Shown here piece by piece: positions 26,298 to 36,648 of a stretch of DNA of 64,000 nucleotides. Both the position numbers and the translations under genes were made by a program. The first letter of the stretch is position 1. Each line of letters opens with the position of its first letter. Location: the NCBI GenBank assembly GCA_002402995.1, contig DHGX01000001.1, forward strand, positions 151,073 to 215,072. The letters are read 5' to 3'. The notes under the pieces are model-generated. The model had not been told where the DNA came from, made no database searches, and saw only the letters and a program-made list of their open reading frames with translations. The DNA is from Patescibacteria group bacterium UBA4787 (GTDB lineage Bacteria > Patescibacteriota > Patescibacteriia > UBA2591 > UBA4787).

Positions 26298-29200
26298 ATG
26301 GCTACTCAAAAAATCGTTTCGACGAGAAATTTTTTTTCGAGCACTGACTCAACAAAACATTTACCCGATTTAGTTGAGATACAAAAAGCTTCTTATTCGG
26401 CATTTTTGAAAAGCAGTATCAAAGAATTATTAAAAGAATTTTCTCCGATCGAAGATTATGTTGGTCGTAACCTTGAACTACATTTTATAGATTGTTATCT
26501 TGATGAGCCGAAGTTTGACGAAACGGTCAGCCGCGAGAGAAACCTCACCTACGAAGCTGCCTTAAAAGTCAAAGCCAGGATGGTTAATAAGAAAACTGGC
26601 AAAAAAATAGAGCAAGAAGTTTATTTCGGCGATATGCCGCTTATGACCAATAATGGCACTTTTATTATTAACGGCATTGAGCGCGTGGTGGTTCAGCAAT
26701 TAATTAGATCACCAGGCGTTTATTTTGCCTCCGATAACTATAAGGGTAAATTTTTATATGGCGCGAAGATTATCCCCGAACGAGGTATTTGGTTAGAATT
26801 TGAAACAGACGCCAGTCATGTTATTTGGGTAAGAATTAACCGTCAACGTAAAGTCACAGCCACCTCTTTATTGCGTGCTTTTGGTTATAGTACAGATCAA
26901 GAGATTTTAGATCTTTTCAAGAAAGTTGATACTGATCCCGATGTTAGATACATAGCTTCTACGATTGAGAAAGATCCAACCGCATCGATAGACGAGGGTC
27001 TAATTGAGGTTTATCGAAAAATCAGGCCCGGTGAAATGGCTACGCCCGACAACGCTAAATCTCTTATTTATGCTATGTTCTTTAATGCTAATCGATATGA
27101 TTTAAGCGAGGTTGGCCGTTATAAAATAAATAAAAGATTCAAGCTTTTAATTGCCGAGAAAAGGATTCCTTTTGACGCGAAAATAGCAGAAACCGAATCA
27201 AGGATTTTGAGAAAAGAAGATTTAGTGGTTATCATTTCTGAAATTATAAGATTGAATTTGACTCAAGAAGAACCGGATGATATTGATCATTTGGGCAATC
27301 GAAGAATCAGAGCAGTGGGAGAATTAGTTAATGGTAGGATGCGTGTGGGTATGATGAGGCTACAGCGCATTATTAGAGATCGTATGAGCACCGTGGAAGT
27401 TAATAAAATAACACCCACCCAACTTATTAATCCGCGGTCAGTTATCAGCGTGGTCCGTGAATTTTTTATGTCCAGCCAACTGTCGCAATTCATGGATCAA
27501 CATAATCCTTTGTCAGAGCTGGAACATAAAAGAAGATTAACGGTCGCTGGTCCGGGCGGTTTAACGAAAGAAAGGGCTGGCTTCGAAGTCCGCGACGTGC
27601 ATCGCACTTTTTATGGCCGTATTTGTCCCATTGCCACACCAGAAGGTCAGAACGTCGGTTTGGTCGGACATTTGTCTTGTTACGGACGATTAAACAAATA
27701 TGGATTCATAGAAACTCCTTATCGTAGGGTGGTTAAGGGTAAAGTAATAGCCGAGATTGTATTTTTGGATGCTCTAGAGGAGGAACGCCACATTATCACT
27801 CCTTTTTCAGCTAAGGCCGTAGATAAAAACAATAAAATTATTAATTCTCGAGTCGAAGCCAGGGTTTACGGTCGACCGAGTTTTTGTTCGGTTGATGAAG
27901 TAGAATTTATAGATATTGCTTCAAATCAGATTGTTAGCGTTGCGACGTCATTAATTCCATTTTTGGAGCATGACGACGCTAACCGCGCTTTGATGGGCAC
28001 AAACATGCAACGTCAAGCAGTTCCTTTGATCAATCCGCAATCACCCATTGTTGGCACAGGTATTGAGGGAAAAATCGCACGAGACACGGGCCACTTGGTG
28101 GTAGCGCCGGAAGATGGTCGTGTGGTTGAAGTTGACGCTAGCTATATTAAATTTATTAGTAACAAAGGAAAAACTTATAATTATTATTTGAGTAAATTCG
28201 TTCGTTCTAACGCAGATACCTGTTTCAACTCGCAAGTTATCACCGAAAAAGACAAGACGGTTAAAGCAGGAACAGTTTTAGTTGACGGTCCTTGCACGGA
28301 GCAAGGCGAATTGGCTTTAGGTAAAAACATTCTGGCTGCTTTTATGGCTTGGGAGGGTTATAATTACGAAGACGCAGTAATTATTTCTTCTCGTTTGGTT
28401 AGAGATGATGTTTTTACATCTGTTCATATTGATGAACACATTATTGATGTTCGTGAGACAAAACTAGGACCAGAAGTGGTAACTCGTGATATTCCTAACG
28501 TGAGCGAGGAAAAATTAAAAAATCTCGACGAAGAAGGCGTTGTTTATATCGGCGCTGAAGCTAAATCGGGCGATATATTGGTTGGCAAGATAACTCCCAA
28601 GGGTGAGACCGAATTGTCTGCGGAAGAAAAATTATTGCGCGCCATCTTTGGTGAAAAAGCTAAAGACGTTCGCGACACTTCTCTTTATCTTGAACACGGA
28701 GAGCATGGTAAAATTATTGGTGTTAAAGTTTTCTCTCGCGATAATGGTGATAAATTGCCAGCCGGTGTTATTAAATCTATACATGTTTTAGTGGCTGACT
28801 TAAGAAAGATACAAATTGGCGACAAGGTGGCTGGTCGACATGGCAACAAAGGTGTTATCTCTCGAGTGGTTCCTGAAGAAGATATGCCACATTTGGCAGA
28901 TGGCACGCCGGTTGATATCATTTTAAACCCTTTGGGTGTGGTTTCTAGGATGAATCTAGGGCAATTATTAGAAACCTGGCTAGGTTTGGCGGCTAAAAAA
29001 CTTAATTATAAAGTAGCCACGCCAGTTTTTGACGGCACCAAAGAAGAAACCCTTAAACAAGAATTAAAAAAAGCTGGCTTTGATGAATCGGGCAAGCAGT
29101 TACTCTATGATGGGCGAACCGGTCTGCCGTTTGAAAACAAAATAACGATCGGTTATATCTATTATATGAAACTAGACCATATGGTTGAGGACAAGATTCA

Positions 29201-29540
29201 TCAACGTTCAATTGGGCCTTATTCTTTAATTACTCAACAGCCTTTGGGCGGTAAGGCGCGTTTTGGTGGTCAGCGCTTTGGTGAGATGGAAGTCTGGGCA
29301 CTAGAAGGTTATGGCGCAGCTAATGTGTTGCAAGAAATGTTGACGATTAAATCTGACGATGTGCCGGGTCGAACCAAAGCCTATGAATCAATTATTCGCG
29401 GCGAACCAATCAAGAATGTTTACTTGCCGGAATCATTTAATGTTTTGGTTAGAGAATTGAAAGGCTTGGGATTAAAAGTCGAATTATTAAAGGCCGGCCG
29501 CAAGGTAGAGATTGAGAAGAAAGAAAAGAAATGGATTTAA
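26298..29540 (+). CDS. rpoB: RNA polymerase beta subunit
   Basis: GTFIINGIERV, SQLSQFMDQ, GDKVAGRHGNKGV, GGQRFGEMEVWALE. Confidence 0.99.
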   Translation: MATQKIVSTRNFFSSTDSTKHLPDLVEIQKASYSAFLKSSIKELLKEFSPIEDYVGRNLELHFIDCYLDEPKFDETVSRERNLTYEAALKVKARMVNKKTGKKIEQEVYFGDMPLMTNNGTFIINGIERVVVQQLIRSPGVYFASDNYKGKFLYGAKIIPERGIWLEFETDASHVIWVRINRQRKVTATSLLRAFGYSTDQEILDLFKKVDTDPDVRYIASTIEKDPTASIDEGLIEVYRKIRPGEMATPDNAKSLIYAMFFNANRYDLSEVGRYKINKRFKLLIAEKRIPFDAKIAETESRILRKEDLVVIISEIIRLNLTQEEPDDIDHLGNRRIRAVGELVNGRMRVGMMRLQRIIRDRMSTVEVNKITPTQLINPRSVISVVREFFMSSQLSQFMDQHNPLSELEHKRRLTVAGPGGLTKERAGFEVRDVHRTFYGRICPIATPEGQNVGLVGHLSCYGRLNKYGFIETPYRRVVKGKVIAEIVFLDALEEERHIITPFSAKAVDKNNKIINSRVEARVYGRPSFCSVDEVEFIDIASNQIVSVATSLIPFLEHDDANRALMGTNMQRQAVPLINPQSPIVGTGIEGKIARDTGHLVVAPEDGRVVEVDASYIKFISNKGKTYNYYLSKFVRSNADTCFNSQVITEKDKTVKAGTVLVDGPCTEQGELALGKNILAAFMAWEGYNYEDAVIISSRLVRDDVFTSVHIDEHIIDVRETKLGPEVVTRDIPNVSEEKLKNLDEEGVVYIGAEAKSGDILVGKITPKGETELSAEEKLLRAIFGEKAKDVRDTSLYLEHGEHGKIIGVKVFSRDNGDKLPAGVIKSIHVLVADLRKIQIGDKVAGRHGNKGVISRVVPEEDMPHLADGTPVDIILNPLGVVSRMNLGQLLETWLGLAAKKLNYKVATPVFDGTKEETLKQELKKAGFDESGKQLLYDGRTGLPFENKITIGYIYYMKLDHMVEDKIHQRSIGPYSLITQQPLGGKARFGGQRFGEMEVWALEGYGAANVLQEMLTIKSDDVPGRTKAYESIIRGEPIKNVYLPESFNVLVRELKGLGLKVELLKAGRKVEIEKKEKKWI

Positions 29541-29562
29541 TATATAAATATATAAAAATATT

Positions 29563-32500
29563 ATGCCTCTTCCTTCTACAACAAGAACTTTAATTTTGCC
29601 AGAAGTAGGCGAGAAACAATCTATCACTGATTTTGATTCTATTAAATTAGGTATTGCTTCGTCGGAAGATATTTTAAATTGGTCCCATGGTGAAGTAATT
29701 TTCCCTGAGACTATTAATTATCGTACGCTAAAACCGGAACGAGATGGTCTATTCTGTGAAAAAATATTCGGACCGGTTAAAGATTGGGAGTGTGCCTGTG
29801 GCAAATATAAAAAAGTTAGATATCGCGGAATCGTCTGTGATCGTTGCGGCGTAGAAGTAACGCGCAGTTTGGTTAGACGCGAAAGAATGGGTCACATCAG
29901 TTTGGCCACGCCAGTTACGCACATTTGGTTTTTAAGAGGCGTGCCATCAAGAATCGGCTTATTTTTGGATTTATCTGTCCAGGCTTTGGAAAAGATAGTT
30001 TATTTTGCTAGCTTCGTGGTCGTTAGTGTTGACGAAGAGCTGAGAGACGAGACACTCAATCAATTAGAAGAAGAATTTAAAGATAAAAAATTAGAACTCA
30101 AAAAACAATTTTCAGTTAAAATAGAGCTTGAGAAATCACTAACCGGTTTGAACGAAGCCTATCAAACCACCAAAAAAGAAATTGAAAGTTTAAAGCTGGG
30201 AAGCTTGCTGTCTGAAATAACCTATCGCAACCTTTCAGCTAAATATGGGCATCTTTTTAATGCTAAAATCGGCGCAGAAGCCATCTTAACCCTTTTGAGT
30301 AAAATCGATCTTAATAAGTTAGTACATGATTTAGAAAAGAAAAAAAAGAAAACAACTAATCCGGGGAAAAGAAAAAAGATTATTCAACGTTTACAATTGG
30401 TGAGAAATTCTATTAACAATAAAATAAAACCGGAATGGATGATTCTTAAGGTTATCCCGATTATTCCGCCTGATTTAAGACCGATGGTGCAATTGGATGG
30501 CGGTCGGTTCGCTTCGTCCGACCTTAATGATTTGTATCGCCGCATTATTAATCGTAACAACCGTTTAAAAAGATTAATTGATTTAGGGGCTCCTGAAATT
30601 ATTTTACGTAACGAAAAAAGAATGCTTCAAGAAGCGGTCGATGCTTTGATGGACAACGAAATGAGAACGAATAAAACCGTAACAGCTTCTACTGGCCAAA
30701 AAAGACCACTCAAGTCGTTAGCAGATATTTTAAAAGGAAAACAAGGTCGTTTCAGACAGAATCTTTTAGGTAAACGAGTTGATTATTCTGGTCGCTCGGT
30801 TATCACCGTTGGTCCGCACTTGAAACTTGACCAATGCGGTTTGCCGAAAATGATGGCCATCGAATTATTTAGACCGTTTGTTATTAGTCGATTGATCAAA
30901 GCCGATGTGGTGCACAATGTTAGAAGCGCTAATCGTTATATTGAAACTGGTGCCAAAGAGGTCTGGGATATTTTAGAAGATATTACCAAGAGCTCTTATG
31001 TATTGTTGAATCGTGCGCCAACATTGCATCGACTTGGCATCCAAGCTTTTCATCCGACTTTGATTGAAGGTAAGGCGATTCAGATTCATCCTTTTGTTTG
31101 TAGCGCATATAACGCCGACTTTGACGGCGATCAAATGGCGGTTCATGTTCCTATTACCGAAAAGGCTATTGAGGAGGCGGCCAGTATAATGCTTTCGAGC
31201 CACAATCTTTTGAAACCAGCGACAGGCGAGCCGATTATTGCGCCGACCAAGGATATGGTATGGGGCGCTTATTATATGACAACTATTATCGAAAAATTAG
31301 GCACAGAGATTAAGTCTTTCGCAAATATTCAAGAAGCGATTTTAGTTTATGAGTTTAATAAAATTGGTATCCAAGATAAAATTAAAGTTAATTTAGGGAA
31401 AAATAATAATATAGAGACTTGTGTTGGTCGTTTAATTTTCAATTCGGTTTTGCCATCCGGCATTTATAATCTAGATAAACAGGTAGATAGTAAATTAATG
31501 AAAAATCTTCTATCTAAGTGTATTGAACAGTTTCCAGCCGAAGAGGTTGTATCTATTTTTGATCAAATAAAATCTTTGACTTTGAAATATCTTACTCTCT
31601 CTGGTATGTCGTGGGGATTGAACGATCTGCCTGAGTTAGACGAAAAACCCAATATTATTAAGAAAGCAGAAGAAAAAATTAACGAAATCGAGAAACAATA
31701 CGAAGAAGGTCTTTTGGCTGAAGATGAGAGATATTTAAAAACCATTAACGTTTGGGCTAAGACCAAAGACGAAATTACTGATTTATGCAAAAGAAATTTT
31801 AATTCATATAGTTCGGTTATGTCCATGGTTAATTCCGGCGCCAGAGGCTCTTGGACACAATTGACGCAGATGGCAGGGATGAAGGGTATTGTTGGTTCGC
31901 CGAGCGGCCGTCTTATTGAATTGCCGGTGAAGAGCAGCTTCAAGGAAGGTTTGGACGTTCTTGAATATTTTATTTCTACTCACGGCGCAAGAAAAGGCAC
32001 TTCAGACACGGCCTTGAGAACGGCGAGCGCCGGTTATCTTACTCGTCGTTTGGTTGATGTTTGCCAAGACTTGGTGGTACGCGAAGATGATTGCGGCGAC
32101 AAAGAAGGAATTTTAATTACTAAAAAAGATAGCGAAGAAATGGGAGAAACAATTTGGAGTCGTGCCTTAAATCGTTTCGCTGCTAAAAAGATAGTGGACT
32201 CTAAAACGAAAAAAGTGATCATTAAGGCCGGAGAATTGATTGATAAAGAAAAAATTAAAATTTTGGAAAAAATTGATATTGAAGAAATAAGAATTCGTTC
32301 GGTGATAAACTGTAAAACTTTACGCGGAGTATGCGTCAAATGTTACGGTTTTGATTTAGCGGTTAACAAAGAAGTAGTTCTGGGTACGCCGGTAGGCATT
32401 TTGGCCGCTCAAAGTATCGGTGAGCCAGGAACACAATTAACACTTCGAACTTTCCATACAGGTGGCGTGGCAGGGAAGGATATTACCCAGGGCTTGCCAA

Positions 32501-33372
32501 GGGTAGAAGAACTGTTGGAAGTTCGCCCTCCTAAACAAAAAGCTATTATGGCCAAACACAGCGGCGTGGTTTCAGTGGAAACAATTAATGACTTGAAGAA
32601 TATTAAAATTAAATACTACGGGTCTAAAGAAGAAACATATTTGCTAGACGAAGATGTTGCGTGGGAAATAAAAGTGAAAAATACCGGAGAGGTTAAAAAA
32701 GGAGATGTCCTTGCTAAGTCTGATAAAAAATCAATTAAAGCTAAGCGTCCGGGGAAAGTTAAATTAGAAGATGGACAAATTATAATTTCTTATGAGGCTG
32801 ACGATATTGAAGAATATGATGTGCCTATAAATTATGCGATTTGGGTTAAAGATAGCGAAAAAGTCAAGGCCGGTGATCAATTGACAGAAGGTAGTTTAGA
32901 TTTACACGAACTATACGAACTTAGGGGTAAAGAGGCCGTACAGAATTATATTTTAAAAGAGATTCAGTATATTTATACTTCACAAGGGCAGAAATTAAAT
33001 GACAAACACATAGAAAACGTTATTAAACAAATGTTCTCTCGCGTTTTGGTGACCGATGGCGGTGACACCGAATTATTATCAGGAGACATTATCCCAATCT
33101 CTTTCTTGTTAGAACACAATCAAGTCGCAGAAAAAGACGGCAAAAAATCTGCTCAATATCAGGAATTATTATTGGGTATTAGTAAGACGTCTCTTTCAAC
33201 CGATAGTTTCTTGTCCGCGGCAAGTTTCCAGGAAACATCACGCGTGTTAATTAGCGCGGCAGTTAATGGTTGGCCAGACAAGCTTTATGGTTTAAAGGAA
33301 AATGTTATTCTGGGTAGAGTAATTCCGGCTGGAACTGGTTGGCTAGAACATCATAAAAAGAAAGCTGCTTAA
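29563..33372 (+). CDS. rpoC: RNA polymerase beta' subunit
   Basis: Zinc finger CACGKYK..CDRCGVE, NADFDGDQMAVH, GEPGTQLTLRTFH. Confidence 0.99.
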   Translation: MPLPSTTRTLILPEVGEKQSITDFDSIKLGIASSEDILNWSHGEVIFPETINYRTLKPERDGLFCEKIFGPVKDWECACGKYKKVRYRGIVCDRCGVEVTRSLVRRERMGHISLATPVTHIWFLRGVPSRIGLFLDLSVQALEKIVYFASFVVVSVDEELRDETLNQLEEEFKDKKLELKKQFSVKIELEKSLTGLNEAYQTTKKEIESLKLGSLLSEITYRNLSAKYGHLFNAKIGAEAILTLLSKIDLNKLVHDLEKKKKKTTNPGKRKKIIQRLQLVRNSINNKIKPEWMILKVIPIIPPDLRPMVQLDGGRFASSDLNDLYRRIINRNNRLKRLIDLGAPEIILRNEKRMLQEAVDALMDNEMRTNKTVTASTGQKRPLKSLADILKGKQGRFRQNLLGKRVDYSGRSVITVGPHLKLDQCGLPKMMAIELFRPFVISRLIKADVVHNVRSANRYIETGAKEVWDILEDITKSSYVLLNRAPTLHRLGIQAFHPTLIEGKAIQIHPFVCSAYNADFDGDQMAVHVPITEKAIEEAASIMLSSHNLLKPATGEPIIAPTKDMVWGAYYMTTIIEKLGTEIKSFANIQEAILVYEFNKIGIQDKIKVNLGKNNNIETCVGRLIFNSVLPSGIYNLDKQVDSKLMKNLLSKCIEQFPAEEVVSIFDQIKSLTLKYLTLSGMSWGLNDLPELDEKPNIIKKAEEKINEIEKQYEEGLLAEDERYLKTINVWAKTKDEITDLCKRNFNSYSSVMSMVNSGARGSWTQLTQMAGMKGIVGSPSGRLIELPVKSSFKEGLDVLEYFISTHGARKGTSDTALRTASAGYLTRRLVDVCQDLVVREDDCGDKEGILITKKDSEEMGETIWSRALNRFAAKKIVDSKTKKVIIKAGELIDKEKIKILEKIDIEEIRIRSVINCKTLRGVCVKCYGFDLAVNKEVVLGTPVGILAAQSIGEPGTQLTLRTFHTGGVAGKDITQGLPRVEELLEVRPPKQKAIMAKHSGVVSVETINDLKNIKIKYYGSKEETYLLDEDVAWEIKVKNTGEVKKGDVLAKSDKKSIKAKRPGKVKLEDGQIIISYEADDIEEYDVPINYAIWVKDSEKVKAGDQLTEGSLDLHELYELRGKEAVQNYILKEIQYIYTSQGQKLNDKHIENVIKQMFSRVLVTDGGDTELLSGDIIPISFLLEHNQVAEKDGKKSAQYQELLLGISKTSLSTDSFLSAASFQETSRVLISAAVNGWPDKLYGLKENVILGRVIPAGTGWLEHHKKKAA

Positions 33373-33389
33373 AACGCTTATATTCATAC

Positions 33390-33426
33390 GATAAACCCCG
33401 CAGAAATTTCTAATGCGGGGTTTATC
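33390..33426 (+). terminator. terminator-like hairpin after rpoC
   Basis: GATAAACCCCGCA...TGCGGGGTTTATC. Confidence 0.75.
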
Positions 33427-33534
33427 TTTATTAAAAAATATGTTATTATTAATAAGCGAGTATAAACAATGAAGAGTGAATGTTGCGCACAAACAACGCT
33501 TTTAAAATTTTAATAATTTTTAATTTATACTTTT

Positions 33535-35733
33535 GTGTCTCATAGAAATAAAAATAATAAGCGCAAAGAAGTAAAATCGCCACCTCGCGCAATTGAAGTT
33601 ACGTCGCTAGATCAAAAGGTCTTTAAGTTAATTATCGTTACAATTCTAGTTGCTTTGGCTTTAATTTTATTTTTAGGTTTGATCGATAAGGCTGGTCCCG
33701 TTGGCCTGACGATCACCCATTTTTTGGGTAGAATTTTTGGTTGGGCGAATTGGTCTTTGCCGATTTTATTGTTAATCTCCAGCTATTTTTTATTAAAATT
33801 ACAACCAGCAGAGAATTTACCGAAGAAAAAATATTTTGGCTTTTTCTTTTTCGTTATATCTCTATCCGTCATTTTGCATTTGTTATTCTTAGCCAGTGAA
33901 GGAACTAACAGGGTTGGAGAAAGCGGCGGTTATGTCGGCTATTCGCTCGCGTATTTATTTCAACAATTTTTTGGTTATATCGGTAGCATGATTGTTTTTT
34001 CTACAATTTTTATTATCGGATTGATTTTATTATTTGTTTCTTTCGATAAGACCGAAGAAAAACAAAAATTGAAAGAAGAGAAAAAAGAAAATTTGGGCAT
34101 TAAAGAAGAAGAAAAGATTTCGAGGCGTTTTGGTCTGTTTTCTTGGTGGAAATCTTTTCAAAATGAATTAGAGAGAAAAGAAAAAGATTGTTCGGCTGAA
34201 GCAGAAGCTCGAAAAATATTAACACCTAAAACAGAAGAAATCATCTCACAAGACAAAAATGAAAAATCGCCGAAAGGAAAGAAAATTTCCGAAATATTTA
34301 AATCAGATAAAGGGGGTACTATTAGGAAAAAAATAACTGATCTGCCTTTCGATCTCTTAGATAGCGGCGCGGGCAAACCCGACGCCGGCGATGTTCAGGC
34401 TAAAAAATTTGTTATTCAAAAAACACTTAATAATTTTGGCATTGAAGTGGAAATGGGCGCTTGCCAGGTCGGTCCTACGGTTACGCAATATACTCTTAAG
34501 CCGGCGGATGGCGTTAAGCTTTCTCAGATTACAGGGCTTAACAATGACATCGCTCTGGCTTTAGCTGCCCATCCTATACGCATTGAAGCTCCGATTCCCG
34601 GTCAATCTTTGGTCGGCATTGAAGTTCCCAATCGAGCCATAGCTATTGTGCGTTTAAGAGAGCTCTTAGAAACCGAAGAATTTAAAAAAAGAAAAACCAA
34701 TCTTACTATTACTCTGGGTCGTGACGTGGCTGGCGCTGTTTGGTTGGCAGATTTGGGCCGTATGCCTCATTTATTAATCGCCGGATCAACTGGTTCCGGA
34801 AAAACCGTGATGCTTAATTCCATTATTATCAGTTTGCTTTACGAAAATACACCGGAAGATTTAAAATTTATTATGGTTGATCCAAAGCGCGTAGAATTGA
34901 CTTTTTATAATGATTTGCCTCATTTATTAGTGCCGGTCGTGACCGAGGTGCCAAAAACAATCAATGCTTTAAAATGGGCGATTCGCGAGATGGAAAATCG
35001 TTTTGATATTTTATCCAATGCCAAAAAACGCGATATCGAAACTTATAATCGTGAAATGCCGGAGAAAATGCCGTATGTCGTTATTGTGGTTGACGAATTG
35101 GCCGATCTAATGGTTGCTGCCTCTCAAGACGTGGAAGCCTGCATTATTCGATTGGCGCAAATGGCTCGTGCGGTGGGCATTCATTTGATTTTGGCCACTC
35201 AGCGACCATCTGTTGATATTATTACAGGTTTAATTAAGGCTAATATTACTTCGCGTATTGCTTTTTCAGTGGCTTCAATGGTAGATTCGCGCACTATACT
35301 GGACACATCAGGCGCAGAAAAATTATTAGGTCGCGGTGATATGCTTTTTACTAGTTCCGAACTTTCCAAGCCTAAACGCTTACAAGGCGCTTATGTTTCC
35401 GATAAAGAAATTAAACGAGTAGTTGAATATTTAAGAAACCAACGTGAGCCAGATTATAATTTGGAAATTACAGAAAAATCTAATAATGGGGCGCAGGAAG
35501 GAGGATTCTCTAATCTAGAAGAAGACGAACTTTTGCCTCAAGCCAGAGAAGTTGTTATCCAGGCGAAAAAGGCTTCGGCCTCATTACTCCAACGTAGATT
35601 AAGAGTCGGATATGCTCGAGCGGCTCGGCTTTTAGATTTATTAGAACAGGAAGAAACGATTGGCCCGGGCGATGGTGCTAAACCGCGAGAAGTTTTTATT
35701 ACTAGTATCGAAGATACAGATAACGAAAGTTAA
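33535..35733 (+). CDS. ftsK: DNA translocase FtsK/SpoIIIE
   Basis: N-terminal TMs, MPHLLIAGSTGSGKT, VDELADLM, LATQRPSVD, gamma domain SASLLQRRLRVGYARAARL. Confidence 0.96.
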   Translation: MSHRNKNNKRKEVKSPPRAIEVTSLDQKVFKLIIVTILVALALILFLGLIDKAGPVGLTITHFLGRIFGWANWSLPILLLISSYFLLKLQPAENLPKKKYFGFFFFVISLSVILHLLFLASEGTNRVGESGGYVGYSLAYLFQQFFGYIGSMIVFSTIFIIGLILLFVSFDKTEEKQKLKEEKKENLGIKEEEKISRRFGLFSWWKSFQNELERKEKDCSAEAEARKILTPKTEEIISQDKNEKSPKGKKISEIFKSDKGGTIRKKITDLPFDLLDSGAGKPDAGDVQAKKFVIQKTLNNFGIEVEMGACQVGPTVTQYTLKPADGVKLSQITGLNNDIALALAAHPIRIEAPIPGQSLVGIEVPNRAIAIVRLRELLETEEFKKRKTNLTITLGRDVAGAVWLADLGRMPHLLIAGSTGSGKTVMLNSIIISLLYENTPEDLKFIMVDPKRVELTFYNDLPHLLVPVVTEVPKTINALKWAIREMENRFDILSNAKKRDIETYNREMPEKMPYVVIVVDELADLMVAASQDVEACIIRLAQMARAVGIHLILATQRPSVDIITGLIKANITSRIAFSVASMVDSRTILDTSGAEKLLGRGDMLFTSSELSKPKRLQGAYVSDKEIKRVVEYLRNQREPDYNLEITEKSNNGAQEGGFSNLEEDELLPQAREVVIQAKKASASLLQRRLRVGYARAARLLDLLEQEETIGPGDGAKPREVFITSIEDTDNES

Positions 35734-35774
35734 AATTTTAAATTATAAATTCGTAATTCATAATTCAAGTTTCT

Positions 35775-36470
35775 ATGTTTAAGTCTGATACAGCCGCCAA
35801 TCTTTTAAAAAAAACTCGAGAAGCCAAAAATTTAACAATAAAAGAAGCATCTCTCCAGACAAAAATTAGCGAAAAATATCTAGATTTGATAGAAAATGGG
35901 GAATATGAAAAATTGCCGAGTTTAACGCACTCCTGTGGTTTTTTAAAAAATTATGCTATTTATTTGGGGCTTAATCCAGACGATATAAATTTAAAATTTA
36001 AAGGAGAAGTTTCTTTTTTAGAGCAAGATAAAAAATTATTTCCAGAAAAAACTATTAACCCCGGACAAAGGTTGTTGAATAGGTTCAGTTTACCTACGTG
36101 GAAATTTGACATGCGGCGTTTTTGGGTTTTTTTCTTCGGCCTTTTGATCTTGTCGTATTTGGGTTGGGGTTTGAAAAAAATGATTTTTCCTCCGACATTG
36201 ATTGTTGACGCCCCAGCCAATAATTTGAAAGTTTACGAACCAGCCACCATCGTTAAGGGTCGCGTTGCCGCCGAAACTATAGTAATGATTAATAGCGACG
36301 TGATTGAAAATATAGCCAGAGGGGAATTCGAAGAAAAAATTTCGTTGATGCCCGGTCTTAATTCTGTTCGAATCACGGCTAAGAAGAAAAATAATCAAGT
36401 ATCCGCGATTGAAAGGATGGTTTTTTACCAAATTCCGCAGAGCAATTCTACCACTACCTCGGCTCTTTAA
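35775..36470 (+). CDS. RodZ-like HTH membrane protein
   Basis: HTH with IENGEYEKLP..GFLKNYAIYLGL, one TM, Ig-like C-terminus; between ftsK and recA. Confidence 0.8.
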   Translation: MFKSDTAANLLKKTREAKNLTIKEASLQTKISEKYLDLIENGEYEKLPSLTHSCGFLKNYAIYLGLNPDDINLKFKGEVSFLEQDKKLFPEKTINPGQRLLNRFSLPTWKFDMRRFWVFFFGLLILSYLGWGLKKMIFPPTLIVDAPANNLKVYEPATIVKGRVAAETIVMINSDVIENIARGEFEEKISLMPGLNSVRITAKKKNNQVSAIERMVFYQIPQSNSTTTSAL

Positions 36471-36476
36471 TCGCCG

Positions 36477-36505
36477 TTGACTTTATTTAACTAAATAATT
36501 ATAGT
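36477..36505 (+). promoter_or_regulatory. recA promoter
   Basis: TTGACT-17 bp-TATAGT. Confidence 0.65.
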
Positions 36506-36510
36506 TTATT

Positions 36511-36583
36511 ATCAAGCGAACGAGTGAAATGGAAATAAAATTTCCATTTCCGAGTAAGCGCGGATAACACAGGGTTAATACCC
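36511..36583 (+). repeat. TTTATT-family mini element, copy C
   Basis: 73 nt flanked by TTTATT at 36505-36510 and 36584-36589; one difference from copy E. Confidence 0.9.
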
Positions 36584-36648
36584 TTTATTGGTTCGCTTTA
36601 AATAGCTTGTATTTGTAATTATAAATTTTAATTTTTAATTTAAAAAAT

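Noticed and set aside
26298-29540. Short RpoB (1080 aa) not preceded by rplL
   Set aside because: All conserved regions appear present; missing lineage-specific inserts and altered gene order are ordinary for reduced genomes.
36558-36569. GCGCGGATAACA resembles a lac operator half-site
   Set aside because: It is an internal part of the dispersed element, with no symmetric partner and no vector context.
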